A DNA stretch of 64,000 nucleotides from Desulfatiglandales bacterium (lineage in GTDB: Bacteria; Desulfobacterota; DSM-4660; Desulfatiglandales; HGW-15), in NCBI GenBank assembly GCA_963667015.2, contig CAXXJJ010000004.1, positions 1,024,001-1,088,000 on the forward strand. The letters are read 5' to 3'. Within the stretch, counting starts at the first letter, position 1, and every line of letters starts with the position of its first letter. Shown here in pieces: positions 1 through 11,020 of this stretch. The position numbers and the translations under genes were made by a program. The notes under the pieces are model-generated. The model had not been told where the DNA came from, ran no database searches, and saw only the letters and a program-made list of their open reading frames with translations.

Positions 1-726
1 ATAACAAGAGAGATGGCCAAAGATATCATGAGTGATGTGAGCTTCTTTGGAACAATGATGATAAATAAAGGTCATGCCGACGGTCTGGTATCCGGCGCTG
101 CCCATACCACCCAGGCAACCATCAGACCTGCCTTTGAAATCATTAAAACCAAACCCGGTATTTCCCTTGTTTCCAGCATATTTTTCATGTGCATGTCCGA
201 CCGGGTTCTTGTATATGGCGACTGTGCAGTAAATCCTGAACCCAATGCAGCACAACTGGCAGAAATTGCAATCAATTCAGCCCAGACAGCAAAGACATTC
301 GGTATAAATCCGGTCGTAGCCATGCTCTCATATTCCACCGGAGAGTCAGGAAAGGGTGAGGACGTGGATAAGGTCAGGGAGGCAACAAAAATCGCTAAAA
401 AACTTTCTGAAATACATTACCCGGGTCTTAAAATAGAGGGACCGATCCAATATGATGCGGCGGTAGACCCTGAAGTAGCCCTAAGAAAAATGCCTGAAAG
501 TGAAGTCGCAGGCAAGGCAACAGTCTTTATTTTTCCTGACCTTAACACCGGGAACAATACATACAAGGCAGTGCAAAGATCCGCTGGAGCAGTGGCCATC
601 GGTCCCGTGCTTCAGGGTTTGAAAATGCCTGTCAACGATCTCAGCAGAGGATGCACTGTAACCGACATAGTAAATACCGTTGCTATAACGGCAATTCAGG
701 CAATAGGCAAAAAAGGTTTAATTTAG
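1..726 (+). CDS. pta: Phosphate acetyltransferase, C-terminal part (5' end outside window)
   Basis: Frame is open from base 1. Motifs [27 protein letters not shown] and VNDLSRGC. Directly upstream of ackA. Confidence 0.95.
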   Translation: MTREMAKDIMSDVSFFGTMMINKGHADGLVSGAAHTTQATIRPAFEIIKTKPGISLVSSIFFMCMSDRVLVYGDCAVNPEPNAAQLAEIAINSAQTAKTFGINPVVAMLSYSTGESGKGEDVDKVREATKIAKKLSEIHYPGLKIEGPIQYDAAVDPEVALRKMPESEVAGKATVFIFPDLNTGNNTYKAVQRSAGAVAIGPVLQGLKMPVNDLSRGCTVTDIVNTVAITAIQAIGKKGLI

Positions 727-783
727 AAAATAGACTATCCCGCTCAAATGCAACGGGTTATCTGAAAAATTAATTAAACACCG

Positions 784-811
784 AAGGCGGCAGGATTACC
801 TGTCCGCCTTT
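784..811 (+). terminator. Stem-loop between pta and ackA (weak terminator or RNA-stability element)
   Basis: AAGGCGG-CAGG-atta-CCTG-t-CCGCCTT followed by only a short T run. Confidence 0.4.
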
Positions 812-838
812 GATGCATTAAAGAAGAGAGGTTTTGTT

Positions 839-2053
839 TTGAAAATATTAGTAATAAACACGGGTAGTTCATCCATTAAATATCAGCTTTTTAACATGGA
901 AAATCAGACAGTACTCTGTTCAGGAGTAGTAGAAAAAATAGGAGAGGATCACGGTTCTCTTGCACACAAAATTTTTAAAGAAAATGGAGATATATTAAAA
1001 AAAGAATATGAAGGCCATATTGGTGACCATCAGACAGGTTTTAAACATATCGTGGATTACCTTATCAATGAAGAATTTGGTGTCATAAGTGACAGATCGG
1101 AAATATCAGCTGTAGGTCACAGGGTAGTCCATGGCGGTGAAACATTTAAAGCTCCAACAGTAATCGATGAAGCGGTTATAGAGGCAATTACAAGGAATAT
1201 CCCCCTTGCACCTCTTCATAATCCTTCAAATCTAACAGGGATTGAAGTAGCCATGTCTGTTTTTCCAGAATCAAAACAGATTGCCGTTTTCGATACAGCC
1301 TTCCATCAGAGTATTCCACCCTATGCCTTTATGTATGCCCTGCCCTATGATCTGTATAAAAATAACAGGGTAAGAAGATACGGGTTTCATGGTACATCAC
1401 ATGCCTATGTTTCAGGAGTGTGTGCTGAATATTTAAAGCGCCCGCTTGATGAGTTAAATATAATTACAATTCACCTTGGTAACGGCGCCAGCATGGCCGC
1501 TCTTAAAAACGGACAATGCATTGATACAAGCATGGGCATGACGCCACTGGAAGGACTTGTAATGGGAACCAGGACAGGAGATGTTGACCCGGCCCTCCCC
1601 TTTTTCCTTGCAGATCATCTGCATATGTCTTTAAAGGAGATAGATACCATTCTTAACAAAGAAAGCGGTCTCAAAGGCATCTGCGGAACCAATGATATGA
1701 GAGAGGTCTTTGAAAAAAGAGATAAAGGTGATAAAAAGGCAATACTGGCGCTGGATATATATACATATCGCATAAAAAAATATATCGGGTCCTACTACGC
1801 GGCACTTGGCAGCCTTGATGCAATTGTATTCACCGCAGGCATTGGCGAAAACTCTCCTGATATTCGAAAATTTTCCTGCGCAGGTCTCGAAAATATGGGA
1901 ATAAAAATTAATGAAGAAAAAAATAATTCCTATAAAAAAGGCCTAAGTGAAATCAGTACTGCTGACAGCAGGGTTAAGGTTCTGATAATACCGACCAATG
2001 AAGAACTCAGAATTGCCCAGGAAACAAAAAAGATTATTGACGGTTTGAGCTGA
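839..2053 (+). CDS. ackA: Acetate kinase
   Basis: Motifs ILVINTGSSSIKY, GHRVVHGG, APLHNP, RYGFHGTSH, HLGNGAS and PTNEE. TTG start after GAGG. Confidence 0.97.
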   Translation: MKILVINTGSSSIKYQLFNMENQTVLCSGVVEKIGEDHGSLAHKIFKENGDILKKEYEGHIGDHQTGFKHIVDYLINEEFGVISDRSEISAVGHRVVHGGETFKAPTVIDEAVIEAITRNIPLAPLHNPSNLTGIEVAMSVFPESKQIAVFDTAFHQSIPPYAFMYALPYDLYKNNRVRRYGFHGTSHAYVSGVCAEYLKRPLDELNIITIHLGNGASMAALKNGQCIDTSMGMTPLEGLVMGTRTGDVDPALPFFLADHLHMSLKEIDTILNKESGLKGICGTNDMREVFEKRDKGDKKAILALDIYTYRIKKYIGSYYAALGSLDAIVFTAGIGENSPDIRKFSCAGLENMGIKINEEKNNSYKKGLSEISTADSRVKVLIIPTNEELRIAQETKKIIDGLS

Positions 2054-2113
2054 TAGATATTAATAAAAGAATATTATATTCCTAAAATCATAAAAACCAA
2101 AAAGGAGGAAAAG

Positions 2114-3628
2114 ATGGCCAGGGAAACAATAGTCTCAAATTTTAATTTGAAGGGTAGAGAGATTTTATCTTCCTATGCCGCCTATACCATTGAAGGTGTC
2201 ATGACAGCACGGGTCAAAAGAGGCCGTGACAGCTGGACAATAGAAGAAAGGAACGGCATCGCCAAGGGAACATCAGACGGAGAAAATGAGGCAATCTATA
2301 TACCCAATGACAAGGCTATAAAATCAATTGAAAAAAATATTGTTCCTCTTCTTCCCAAAAAAGTAGTTATAAAAACCCCAAAGGATATTCTCAAGGCGGT
2401 TGAGGAGTTTGACCTCAAGCTTATCGAAAAGGCCGGTCCAAACAAGAAGAAATGGGGAGGAAATGCATGCCTGGCCTCTTCAACGGTATTTTTCCAGACC
2501 CTTTTAAAGGCTTCGGGGTATGAGGCATGGGAACTGCTTGCACCGAGAGGAATGAAAACGTTCTATATGCCTAATATTGCATTCAACATGGTATGCGGCG
2601 GCGAACATGTCCCGGGCACAAAACAGGACATCCAGGAGATGTTCTTTTTTGCCATGAAGGAGAAGACTATCAAGGGCGTATTCACGCAGGCTGTTAAATT
2701 CTTCAAACAGTTTGAAAAGAACCTGGTAAGGGACGGACTTCCGACCGGTACTGCAAAGGAAAGGGGCTTTGTCTTTCCGGTAAAGGATAACTATGAGGGA
2801 CTTACCCGGATAAAGGAATGTGCTAAACAGCTCGGCCTTGGTGTCACAGATTATGCAATAGGTACTGACAATGCCTTTAGTGAGATACAGAAATCAGATG
2901 AGCTAAGGGCTAGAGGTCTTTATGATATGAGATTTTCCGGACTGGGGATCAAAACCCGTGAAGAGCTTATTGAATTTGATGCTGAGATAGTAAAAAGCGC
3001 CAAGAACTTTGTGACCATGGAAGATCCGGGTTCCGAATCGGATATTGAAGCCCATAAACTGATGAACGAAAAATATGGCGACAGGGTCCAGATTGTTCTT
3101 GATGACTGTGCGGTAACACAGATGAGGTTTATCATCCCTTTCCTGGCGGCAGCCGAACAAAAAAACAGGGCAGGAAACTCCGTGCTTATCAAGCTAAACC
3201 AGGCCGGCACCTTTACAGAAACCTGTCTCGCGACTGAGATAGTTCTTGGAGTGGCTGATACTGAAAAGGTTGAGAGATTCCTCATTGCCAGAAAAGATAT
3301 TAAAACTGTATTAAAAGACTTAAAGGCACTTGGGGTAAACAGCCTTAAAGAGGCAATTGATAACATAAAAAAATTAGGTTCAACCGCATTCTTCTCTCAT
3401 CGATCAACAGAGGGTTCATCGGAGTTTCTTCCATACATGCCTCTGATTTACGGGGCAGTGTCCAGAAAGTTATGGTTCAAGGCAGGTGCTCCCAACGGTG
3501 AAAGAAACCTTCAGAACTATAATCCTCTAATTCGCGCAGAAGAGGCGATGCAGGAAAAAGGCATCGAAACAGTAGTAACAGGTTTTGGCGGATTACCGGA
3601 TGGAGTAAAAATTCCGGCGGTAAAATAA
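2114..3628 (+). CDS. Divergent enolase-like protein (phosphopyruvate hydratase family)
   Basis: Enolase motifs in the expected order: GREILSS, GTSDGENEA, GGEH, DIQE, MEDP, VQIVLDD, IKLNQAGT, SHRS, KAG, YNPLIRAEE. Confidence 0.85.
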   Translation: MARETIVSNFNLKGREILSSYAAYTIEGVMTARVKRGRDSWTIEERNGIAKGTSDGENEAIYIPNDKAIKSIEKNIVPLLPKKVVIKTPKDILKAVEEFDLKLIEKAGPNKKKWGGNACLASSTVFFQTLLKASGYEAWELLAPRGMKTFYMPNIAFNMVCGGEHVPGTKQDIQEMFFFAMKEKTIKGVFTQAVKFFKQFEKNLVRDGLPTGTAKERGFVFPVKDNYEGLTRIKECAKQLGLGVTDYAIGTDNAFSEIQKSDELRARGLYDMRFSGLGIKTREELIEFDAEIVKSAKNFVTMEDPGSESDIEAHKLMNEKYGDRVQIVLDDCAVTQMRFIIPFLAAAEQKNRAGNSVLIKLNQAGTFTETCLATEIVLGVADTEKVERFLIARKDIKTVLKDLKALGVNSLKEAIDNIKKLGSTAFFSHRSTEGSSEFLPYMPLIYGAVSRKLWFKAGAPNGERNLQNYNPLIRAEEAMQEKGIETVVTGFGGLPDGVKIPAVK

Positions 3629-3632
3629 TACA

Positions 3633-3693
3633 GGGCGAAAAATTTTTCGCCCCTACAAACGGTTTATGGGGGCACGGTGCACCGTGCCCTTAC
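3633..3693 (-). repeat. Two REP-like palindromes (GTAG/GTAA family)
   Basis: GGGCGAAAAATTTTTCGCCC-CTAC (3633-3656) and GGGCACGGTGCACCGTGCCC-TTAC (3670-3693). Confidence 0.7.
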
Positions 3694-3796
3694 CATTTAT
3701 AATGATGATCCATAATATGCTACCGCATGTTGGGCAAAATCATATTCGATATATGAATTAACGATACCCTTTCATCTATTAAGGAAATAAAGTCAC

Positions 3797-5671
3797 TTGA
3801 GCGCTGTCTTTAAAGATAAGAAAAACTTTAAAACAACCAGAACGATCCACAATAAGGAGCCGGATTACAACAGGCCCTTACTCGATATACCACCTTCCTC
3901 CAGAGATAAACTGTTTAAAAGACTTGCCATTCTTTATGGAGAAAAAGTGGCGGAAGCAAATATACCTGAGCTTGAGAGGATCATGCAGGTATATTACGCC
4001 TATAAACCACTGGAGATGATCCGGCGTGAAAAAGATTTCGACCATGAAAGCAGGTTTACTCAAGAGGACATTATACTTATTACCTATGGAGATCTCATCT
4101 ACGGACGTGAAAGCTCACCTCTGGCTACACTTGCCAAACTCTGCGATACATATCTTGAAGGGACTATAAACACCCTGCATATCCTGCCTTTTTTCCCCTA
4201 TTCTTCAGATAAGGGTTTTTCTATTACAGACTTTGAAGAGGTTGATCCCAAACTTGGCACCTGGGAAGATATTGAAGACCTTGAAAGCCGCTATCAGCTA
4301 ATGTTTGATGGTGTAATAAACCATGCATCTGCAAAAAGCAGATGGTTTCAGGAGTTTCTAAACGGGCATCCATATTTCTGGGAATTTTTTATAAACTTTA
4401 ATTCACCGTCCGAACTTCCGGATGATCAGAGAAAATTAATCTTTCGTCCGAGAACCTCTGATATCTTAACGGAATTCAAGACATTAAACGGCCCTAAATG
4501 GGTCTGGACAACATTTTCAACAGACCAGATCGATCTTAACTATACCAACCCGGACGTCTTGATCAAGATGATTGAGATCCTGCTTCTTTATGTAAGGCAT
4601 GGTGCGGATATTATCAGGCTTGATGCGGTTACATATCTGTGGGCCCAGCCCGGAACAAGGTGTGTTCACCTTGAACAGACACATGAAATTGTGAAACTGT
4701 TTCGCGATATACTTGATATTGTTGCGCCCAGCGTGGCACTTATCACCGAGACAAATGTTCCGCATGATGAGAATATATCCTATTTCGGAAACGGCAGTGA
4801 CGAAGCTCAGATGGTATATAATTTTGCCCTGCCCCCGCTTGTTCTGCATACATTCTACAAAATGGATTCCAAAACCCTAACAAAATGGGCAATATCTCTT
4901 AAAAAGCCTTCCAATACCGCTACGTTTTTCAATTTCCTTGATTCTCATGACGGTATCGGTGTTATGGCAGTAAACAATATACTCACTTCAGAGGAAATAA
5001 AATTTATTGTTGATAAGGTTCGGAGGCACGGAGGATTAATATCCTATAAGACAGCCTCTGATGGCAGTGAAATGCCATACGAGCTTAACATTACCTGGTT
5101 CAGTGCCCTGAACTACACGGAAAATGATGATGAAGATCTGGCCTTTCAGGTTAAGAGATTCGTTGCCTCAAGATCAATCGCCCTTGCCCTGCAGGGCGTC
5201 CCGGGGATTTATCTTCACAGTCTTATCGGAACGCCTAATGATATTGCAGCGGTTTTATCAAACCATTCAAACCGCGATATCAACAGGACAGTAATTGATG
5301 AAGAGGCTATCAGAAAGGAACTTGAGGATCCTCTATCTAAAATATCACGGATAAGCAGGGAGCTCGGACGCCTGATCATAATCAGAACACGTAAAAGGGC
5401 CTTTCATCCCAACAGTGACCAGAAGGTTCTGGATCTTTCAAGGGCTGTCTTTGCTGTTATAAGAAAAAGTTCAGAAGATGAAATCCTGCTTGCGCTGACG
5501 AATATTACCGACAGGGCATGTCATCTTGAAATCCCCCTGTCTTGCACAGGAGAGACAAATCCAAGATGGTTTGATATTGTAAGTAAGACAGAATTTGATG
5601 TAGACGAGGGAAAAATATTTATTACCATGGAACCCTATGACATTATCTGGCTGGAACCTTTTCATGAATAA
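3797..5671 (+). CDS. GH13_18 glycoside phosphorylase, probably glucosylglycerate phosphorylase-like
   Basis: Motifs LITYGD, HILPFFPYSSD, WTTFSTDQIDLNY, RLDAV (nucleophile), ITETN, FLDSHDGIG, PYELN and RDINR. Confidence 0.88.
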   Translation: MSAVFKDKKNFKTTRTIHNKEPDYNRPLLDIPPSSRDKLFKRLAILYGEKVAEANIPELERIMQVYYAYKPLEMIRREKDFDHESRFTQEDIILITYGDLIYGRESSPLATLAKLCDTYLEGTINTLHILPFFPYSSDKGFSITDFEEVDPKLGTWEDIEDLESRYQLMFDGVINHASAKSRWFQEFLNGHPYFWEFFINFNSPSELPDDQRKLIFRPRTSDILTEFKTLNGPKWVWTTFSTDQIDLNYTNPDVLIKMIEILLLYVRHGADIIRLDAVTYLWAQPGTRCVHLEQTHEIVKLFRDILDIVAPSVALITETNVPHDENISYFGNGSDEAQMVYNFALPPLVLHTFYKMDSKTLTKWAISLKKPSNTATFFNFLDSHDGIGVMAVNNILTSEEIKFIVDKVRRHGGLISYKTASDGSEMPYELNITWFSALNYTENDDEDLAFQVKRFVASRSIALALQGVPGIYLHSLIGTPNDIAAVLSNHSNRDINRTVIDEEAIRKELEDPLSKISRISRELGRLIIIRTRKRAFHPNSDQKVLDLSRAVFAVIRKSSEDEILLALTNITDRACHLEIPLSCTGETNPRWFDIVSKTEFDVDEGKIFITMEPYDIIWLEPFHE

Positions 5672-5672
5672 T

Positions 5673-6536
5673 TCAGCTGATTGAACTAAAAAAACCAGTT
5701 ATCTCATCCTTTCTCGATTCTCTGAAATCCAGTATTTCATTAACAAAACTATCGTCAACTCCTAAATATCTAATTAACTGGTTCAGAGCGTTATCCTGTT
5801 TTTCGGGTTTTAATTCAGATTGCTTATCGAAACGGGATAGAATATCTCCCAGTTTCAGCAGTGCAATTTCTTTTGTTAATTCTTCTTCTATAAAATCAAG
5901 GTGATGACCTGTCACTGCCAGGCTTATTATGGAGGGAAAATTCCATCTTGTCAGTAACATCCCGCCTGCTTCTCCATGATCTAAACCAATAACCTTCCGT
6001 TCTATTTTATAGATATCTTTTCTGTCGGCAAATTGGGCTTCTTTTAAGACACCCTGAAACTCCTCATTAAAAAACTGATCAAATACAACCATTCCCACAT
6101 CATGAAGCAGTCCCAGAATGAATAGATACTCACTGTCCTTCTTGCCGTAAAGATGCTTACCCATTTTCCGCATGAGCAGGGCGACGGTAACACTGTGAAG
6201 CCATAAGTCTTTCCCCAGAACAGATGATTTATTTTGTGATGGCAGGCTTTTCATAACACCAATGGAAACAGCCAGCGATTTCACCATGTTGAATCCCAGT
6301 AAAGCCACAGCTCTCTCAAGATCTGATATCTTTTGAGAAAAACCATAATAGGCTGAATTGGCCACCTTCAGAATCTTTGCAGCCAGCGAAGGATCTCTAT
6401 GGATGACCTCGGTAACCAATGACACATTACTGCTTTTATCTTCAAACATGGCAAGCAATCTAGTAACAGTGGATGGTAGAGTGGGCAATTCATTAATTTT
6501 TGAATATATTTTATTTCTGAATGTAGCTTTTTCCAT
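5673..6536 (-). CDS. HDOD domain signal-transduction protein
   Basis: Motifs LPTLP, DPSLAAKILKVANSAYYG, LWLHS, GLLHDVG and DHGEAG..L..W.FP. Confidence 0.92.
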   Translation of the reverse strand: MEKATFRNKIYSKINELPTLPSTVTRLLAMFEDKSSNVSLVTEVIHRDPSLAAKILKVANSAYYGFSQKISDLERAVALLGFNMVKSLAVSIGVMKSLPSQNKSSVLGKDLWLHSVTVALLMRKMGKHLYGKKDSEYLFILGLLHDVGMVVFDQFFNEEFQGVLKEAQFADRKDIYKIERKVIGLDHGEAGGMLLTRWNFPSIISLAVTGHHLDFIEEELTKEIALLKLGDILSRFDKQSELKPEKQDNALNQLIRYLGVDDSFVNEILDFRESRKDEITGFFSSIS

Positions 6537-6948
6537 TCTTAAACCGACCTTTAATAAATATGCTTAAGTAATATAGATATGCAAGTTATATACCGCAATA
6601 AATTATTTTTTTTCTAAATAAGGAGTAGACAAAATAATGGCAAGTGGTTACATAATATACAGATATCATATCTTATTGACTATATATTACCCATATGTAT
6701 ATTCCCAATAAAATTTAAATAAATCATTTAATCAACCTATTCCTTACTTTACATTATTTTAGCTATAATTTTTTATATGGCATAATTTTTGTTATAATTA
6801 AAAAGAAGAAACCAATAATAAAGGACGGTATCTTTTATATTTTTTTGGCTTTTTTTATGCTGTTTTTCTAATAATCTTGATTATTATTAGTTATTAAGGT
6901 AACAAAACATGCTGTTTTTTAGCATAAATCACTTAAATAAGGCCTGTT

Positions 6949-8872
6949 ATGAAAAAATACATACTGAACAATACAATGAAATTAATTACTTTATCAAAAT
7001 CAAAACGGTATTTTCGCTCCCTTCTGTTACTTTTGTTTTCATTATCACTTCTTTCTATCATTTCAGGATGTTCTGCTAAATATCATCGGACCAAGGCAGA
7101 TAAAACCGCTTTATCTATAATCAAAAAGGCACAGGAAGATATCCTGGGAAAATCCGATGATTTAAGCATCGAGAGACCAAGTGATATCCTGAGGCGACGC
7201 TTACTAACCGAACAGGAACTGGCCATATATGGAAACGAGTCACTTGGTACAGATGCACTTGAAAAGATAAAACACTGGCCCGAAAAAAATTACCCTGCGC
7301 CTGTAACATCGCCAGGATGAAAAGATTGAAATACCATTAGACAGGAAACCGCTTTCAATCAACTTTTTTCAGGCGCTTAAGATTGCAGCGGAAAACAGTT
7401 CGGATTACCAGTCACAAAAGGAGACCCTGTTCAGGTCAGCCCTTACTCTTGATCTTAGCAGAAATGACTATTCCTTTATTGGAAAGGCTAATGGTGATTC
7501 AACCTACAGTCTTAATAAATCAAGTGGTACTGACGTAAAGGGCGTGGAAAACAGTGGAACCGTTGGGCTCAGTAAAACTATCAAGTACGGCGCAAAATTT
7601 GCGACAAACCTCACAGTTGATCTTGTAAAGCTTTTAACAGCGCCTAAAGATTCAGCATTTGGAATTGCCGCAGATGCATCTATAAGTATTCCGCTCCTGA
7701 GAGGATCAAAATCCTATATAAAAGCAGAAAATCTTACACAGGCGGAACGAAATGTTGTCTATGCTGTATATGATTTTGAACGATACAAGAAGACTTTTAC
7801 AGTTAACATTGCATCGAATTACTTCAGTGTACTCAGTCAGATTGATCGGATGGAGAATTCTGAGCAAAACTATAAGAATGCGATCTCTTCCGCAAGAAGG
7901 ACACGCAGGCTGGCAGACGCGGGAAGGATTACTCAAATTGAAGTAGATCAGGCAATACAGAGAGAGCTTACTGCCAGAAACGGATGGATTTCTTCAAGAG
8001 AACAATACAAAAACCGGCTTGATTCATTTAAACAGCTTTTAGGCCTTCCTTCGGATTCATTTATTGAACTTGACAGGTCCTATCTTGAAACCCTCCGTGC
8101 TTATGTCTCAAAAATAGTGCCCGTTACTGATATAGAAAATGTATCCGAAGCGTCAGGGGAAATTCCTCCTGCAGACGCTCCAATAGAGCTTAAAGAGCCG
8201 GACATATCAAACAGAGGCCCAATGGAACTGGATGAAGCCGAGGCCATAATGCTCGGGTTAGAAAACCGTCTTGATCTAAAGGTTAGTGAAGGTAAAATTT
8301 ATGATGCCCAGAGGGCTGTGATTATAAAGGCTGATGCACTTGGAGCCGAACTGAGCCTTCTTGGACAGGGCCGTGCAGGAGAATCGCGCTCTCTGGGATC
8401 GGCTGGCATGGAGGATGGTAAACTGCGCCCTGACCTGGGAGTCTACAGCGCTGTTTTAAGCTTTGATCTTCCAATTGAAAGATCTGCTGAACGAAAGGCA
8501 TATAGAGAAAGTTATATATCACTGGAATCTGCTGTACGTAGTTTTCAAAAACTTGAAGATGACATCAAGCTTTCAATACGGCAGAATCTTCGTTCAATGT
8601 CAGAGGCGAGAGAAAGTTTAAGAATTCAAAAACTTGCAGTATCCGTAGCAGAAAGGAGATACGATAGCACAACGCTCTTTTTTGATGCAGGTCGTGCGCA
8701 GCTTCGTGATGTTCTTGAAGCGCAGGAGTCACTCCTTACCGCAAAAAATTCATATACTTCGGCGGTAATTGACTACAGGGTTGCTGAACTTGAGTTCCAG
8801 CGAAATACTGGTTTGCTTGAAATTGATAATAACGGACTAATGGTGGAGTACACTCCGGGGGGTAATAACTAA
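6949..8872 (+). pseudogene. TolC-family outer membrane efflux lipoprotein, split by one +1 frameshift near 7310-7320
   Basis: Lipobox IISGC in ORF 6949-7320. Frame +1 from 7316 (DEKIEIPLDRKP...AAENSSDYQSQKE) runs open into ORF 7544-8872, which has OEP-repeat character (GRITQIEVDQA, GRAQLRDVLEAQESL). Confidence 0.8.
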
Positions 8873-11020
8873 TGTTAATCAAAAATTATAAAGTTAAAAA
8901 TCTCAAAAACCTTGCAGATCTCAAAAATCTTAAAGGCCATATAAATATTGAAAATATTAAAGAAAAGCCGATACAGTATGGTATCGCAGGGGCAGTGGTC
9001 TTAGTATTTTTTATTATATTCCTGTCTTTAATATTCGGCGGTGGAGATGATAGCAGGAGTGGCTCAAGCTTTAGAGCAAAGAAAGGCCCTTTACGAATAA
9101 GCATAACTGAATCAGGTACTATTCAGACAAAAGAGAAGATCACAGTTAAAAATGAAGTTGAAGGAAATACCTCCGTTATCTTCATTATTGATGAAGGAAC
9201 AAAAGTTAAAAAGGGAGATCTCCTTGTTGAGCTTGATTCAAGCAACCTTGTAGATCAGAAAATTGATCAGGAAATAAAGGTTCAAAACGCTGAAGCATCA
9301 TTTATAAATGCACGAGAAAGCCTTGCTGTTACTCAAAACCAGGCTAAAAGCGATGTAGATAAGGCACAGCTTGCGTTTGACTTTGCCAAACAGGACCTTG
9401 ATAAATACATAGAAGGTGAATATCCCAATCAATTGACACAGGCTGAAAACAAAATAACACTTGCGGACGAAGAATATAAACGGGCACAGGATAAGCTTGA
9501 TTGGTCCAAAAGACTATTTGATGAAAATTATCTCTCAAAGAGCGAACTCGAGGCAGATGAGCTTGCTGAAAAACAGAAGAAATTAAACCTGGACATGGCC
9601 AGGCAGGATCTGGACGCTTCTTAAAGAATATAAGCATGCAAGAGAGATGGCCCAGCTTAAAAGTGATGTTGAACAGGCTGAAATGGCCCTTGAAAGAACC
9701 AAAGAAAGGTAAAAGCCGATATTGTCCAGGCAGAAGCGAATCTTAAGGCCAAGGAAGCTGAATTCAACAGACAGAAGGACAAGCTTGAAAAAATTGAAAA
9801 GCAGATTAAAAAAACAAAGATTTACGCGCCGGCTGACGGCCTTGCCTTATATGCAACAAGCACAGAACGCAGGGGCAGGTTTGGTGGTTCGGATGAACCT
9901 CTTAGCGCAGGTTCAACGGTCAGGGAACGTCAGGAATTAATAACCCTGCCCACCACAACGGGATATAATGCAGAAATCGATATTTTTGAGTCAAGTCTTG
10001 ATAAAGTGAGACCCGGTTTACCGGTTGTGATTACAGTCGATGCATTACCAGGGGAACGTTTTATGGGAAAAGTTGTCAGCGTTGCCCCAGTACCGGATGC
10101 AGAAGCAAATTTTATGAGCCCTGATCTGAAATTATATCCTACTCTGATAGATATTCAAAACAGCGATAATATTGACCTGCTTAAATCAGGCATGAGTTGT
10201 GAGGCAGAGGTAATTGTAGCACAGTACGAAGAGGCTGTTTATGTGCCTATACAGGCAGTAATAAGGGTTAATAATAAACCCACTGTGTATATCGGAGATG
10301 GGGACAATCCCAAACCAAGAGAGGTTGAAATAGGCCTGGACAACAACCTGATGATTTGTATCAATAAAGGCCTTGAAGAGGGTGAAGTTGTATCACTTAA
10401 TCCTCCGCTGTCACAGGCTGTTTTAACGGATGAAGGCAACACCTTAATTGAAGGATTAACGATTCCGGCAATGGCTCAATCCGAGAATAGAGCTGGCGCC
10501 AATCCGGCTAACGCAGGAGGAGCCAGAGGAAACAATCCCTCATCCGGGTTAAGCGGAGGTGCTCCGGGTGGTTTTGGAGGTGGAGGGATGCCGTCAAAAG
10601 AAGATATGATAAAACGAATGGATCAAGACGGTGACGGCAAAATAGCAAAAAGCGAAATGAGGTTTGGCGCTGAGAGATTTGACGAGATGGATAAAAACGG
10701 CGACGGTTTTGTAACAGCTGACGAGTTTGAAATACCATCATTCGGCGGAGGAGGAGGCAACCAGGGAAATATGCGTATGCCCTCAGCGGATGAAATGTTT
10801 AAAATGAGTGATCAGAATGGAGATGGCAAAATAGAAAAAAGTGAAATGAGGTTTGGCGCTGAGGGATTTGACGAGATGGATAAAAACGGCGATGGTTTTA
10901 TTGAAAAAAGTGAATTCCAGATGCCCTCATTTCCGGGAGGTGGCCAGGGTAGATCTGGCGGTCCTTCCAGGCGGTATGCAGGGTGGAGGATTTAATGGTT
11001 TTCCCGGAGGGGGCCAATGA
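8872..11020 (+). pseudogene. MacA/HlyD-type periplasmic adaptor with C-terminal EF-hands, broken by three frameshifts (~9616, ~9705, ~10965)
   Basis: N-terminal TM and lipoyl motif EGTKVKKGDLLVELD. The coiled coil continues in frame +1 (LLKEYKHAREMAQLKSDVEQAEMALERTK), then returns to frame (KIYAPADG). A Gly-rich tail in frame +1 ends at TGA 11018-11020, overlapping the next ATG. Confidence 0.82.
10588..10940 (+). repeat. Intragenic tandem duplication (189-nt offset) encoding two EF-hand pairs
   Basis: Near-identical blocks GAAATGAGGTTTGGCGCTGAG(A/G)GATTTGACGAGATGGATAAAAACGGCGA(C/T)GGTTTT. Loops DQDGDGKIAKSE, DKNGDGFVTADE, DQNGDGKIEKSE and DKNGDGFIEKSE. Confidence 0.9.

Noticed and set aside
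7318..7320. TGA after the TolC N-terminal ORF as possible selenocysteine read-through, given the yqeC gene nearby
   Set aside because: The coding continuation is in a different frame, so this is an indel rather than an in-frame recoded stop.
9600..9720. Programmed ribosomal frameshifting in the adaptor gene
   Set aside because: Two compensating shifts within 100 nt, plus others nearby, and no clear slippery-site/structure pair. Indel error or decay is simpler.
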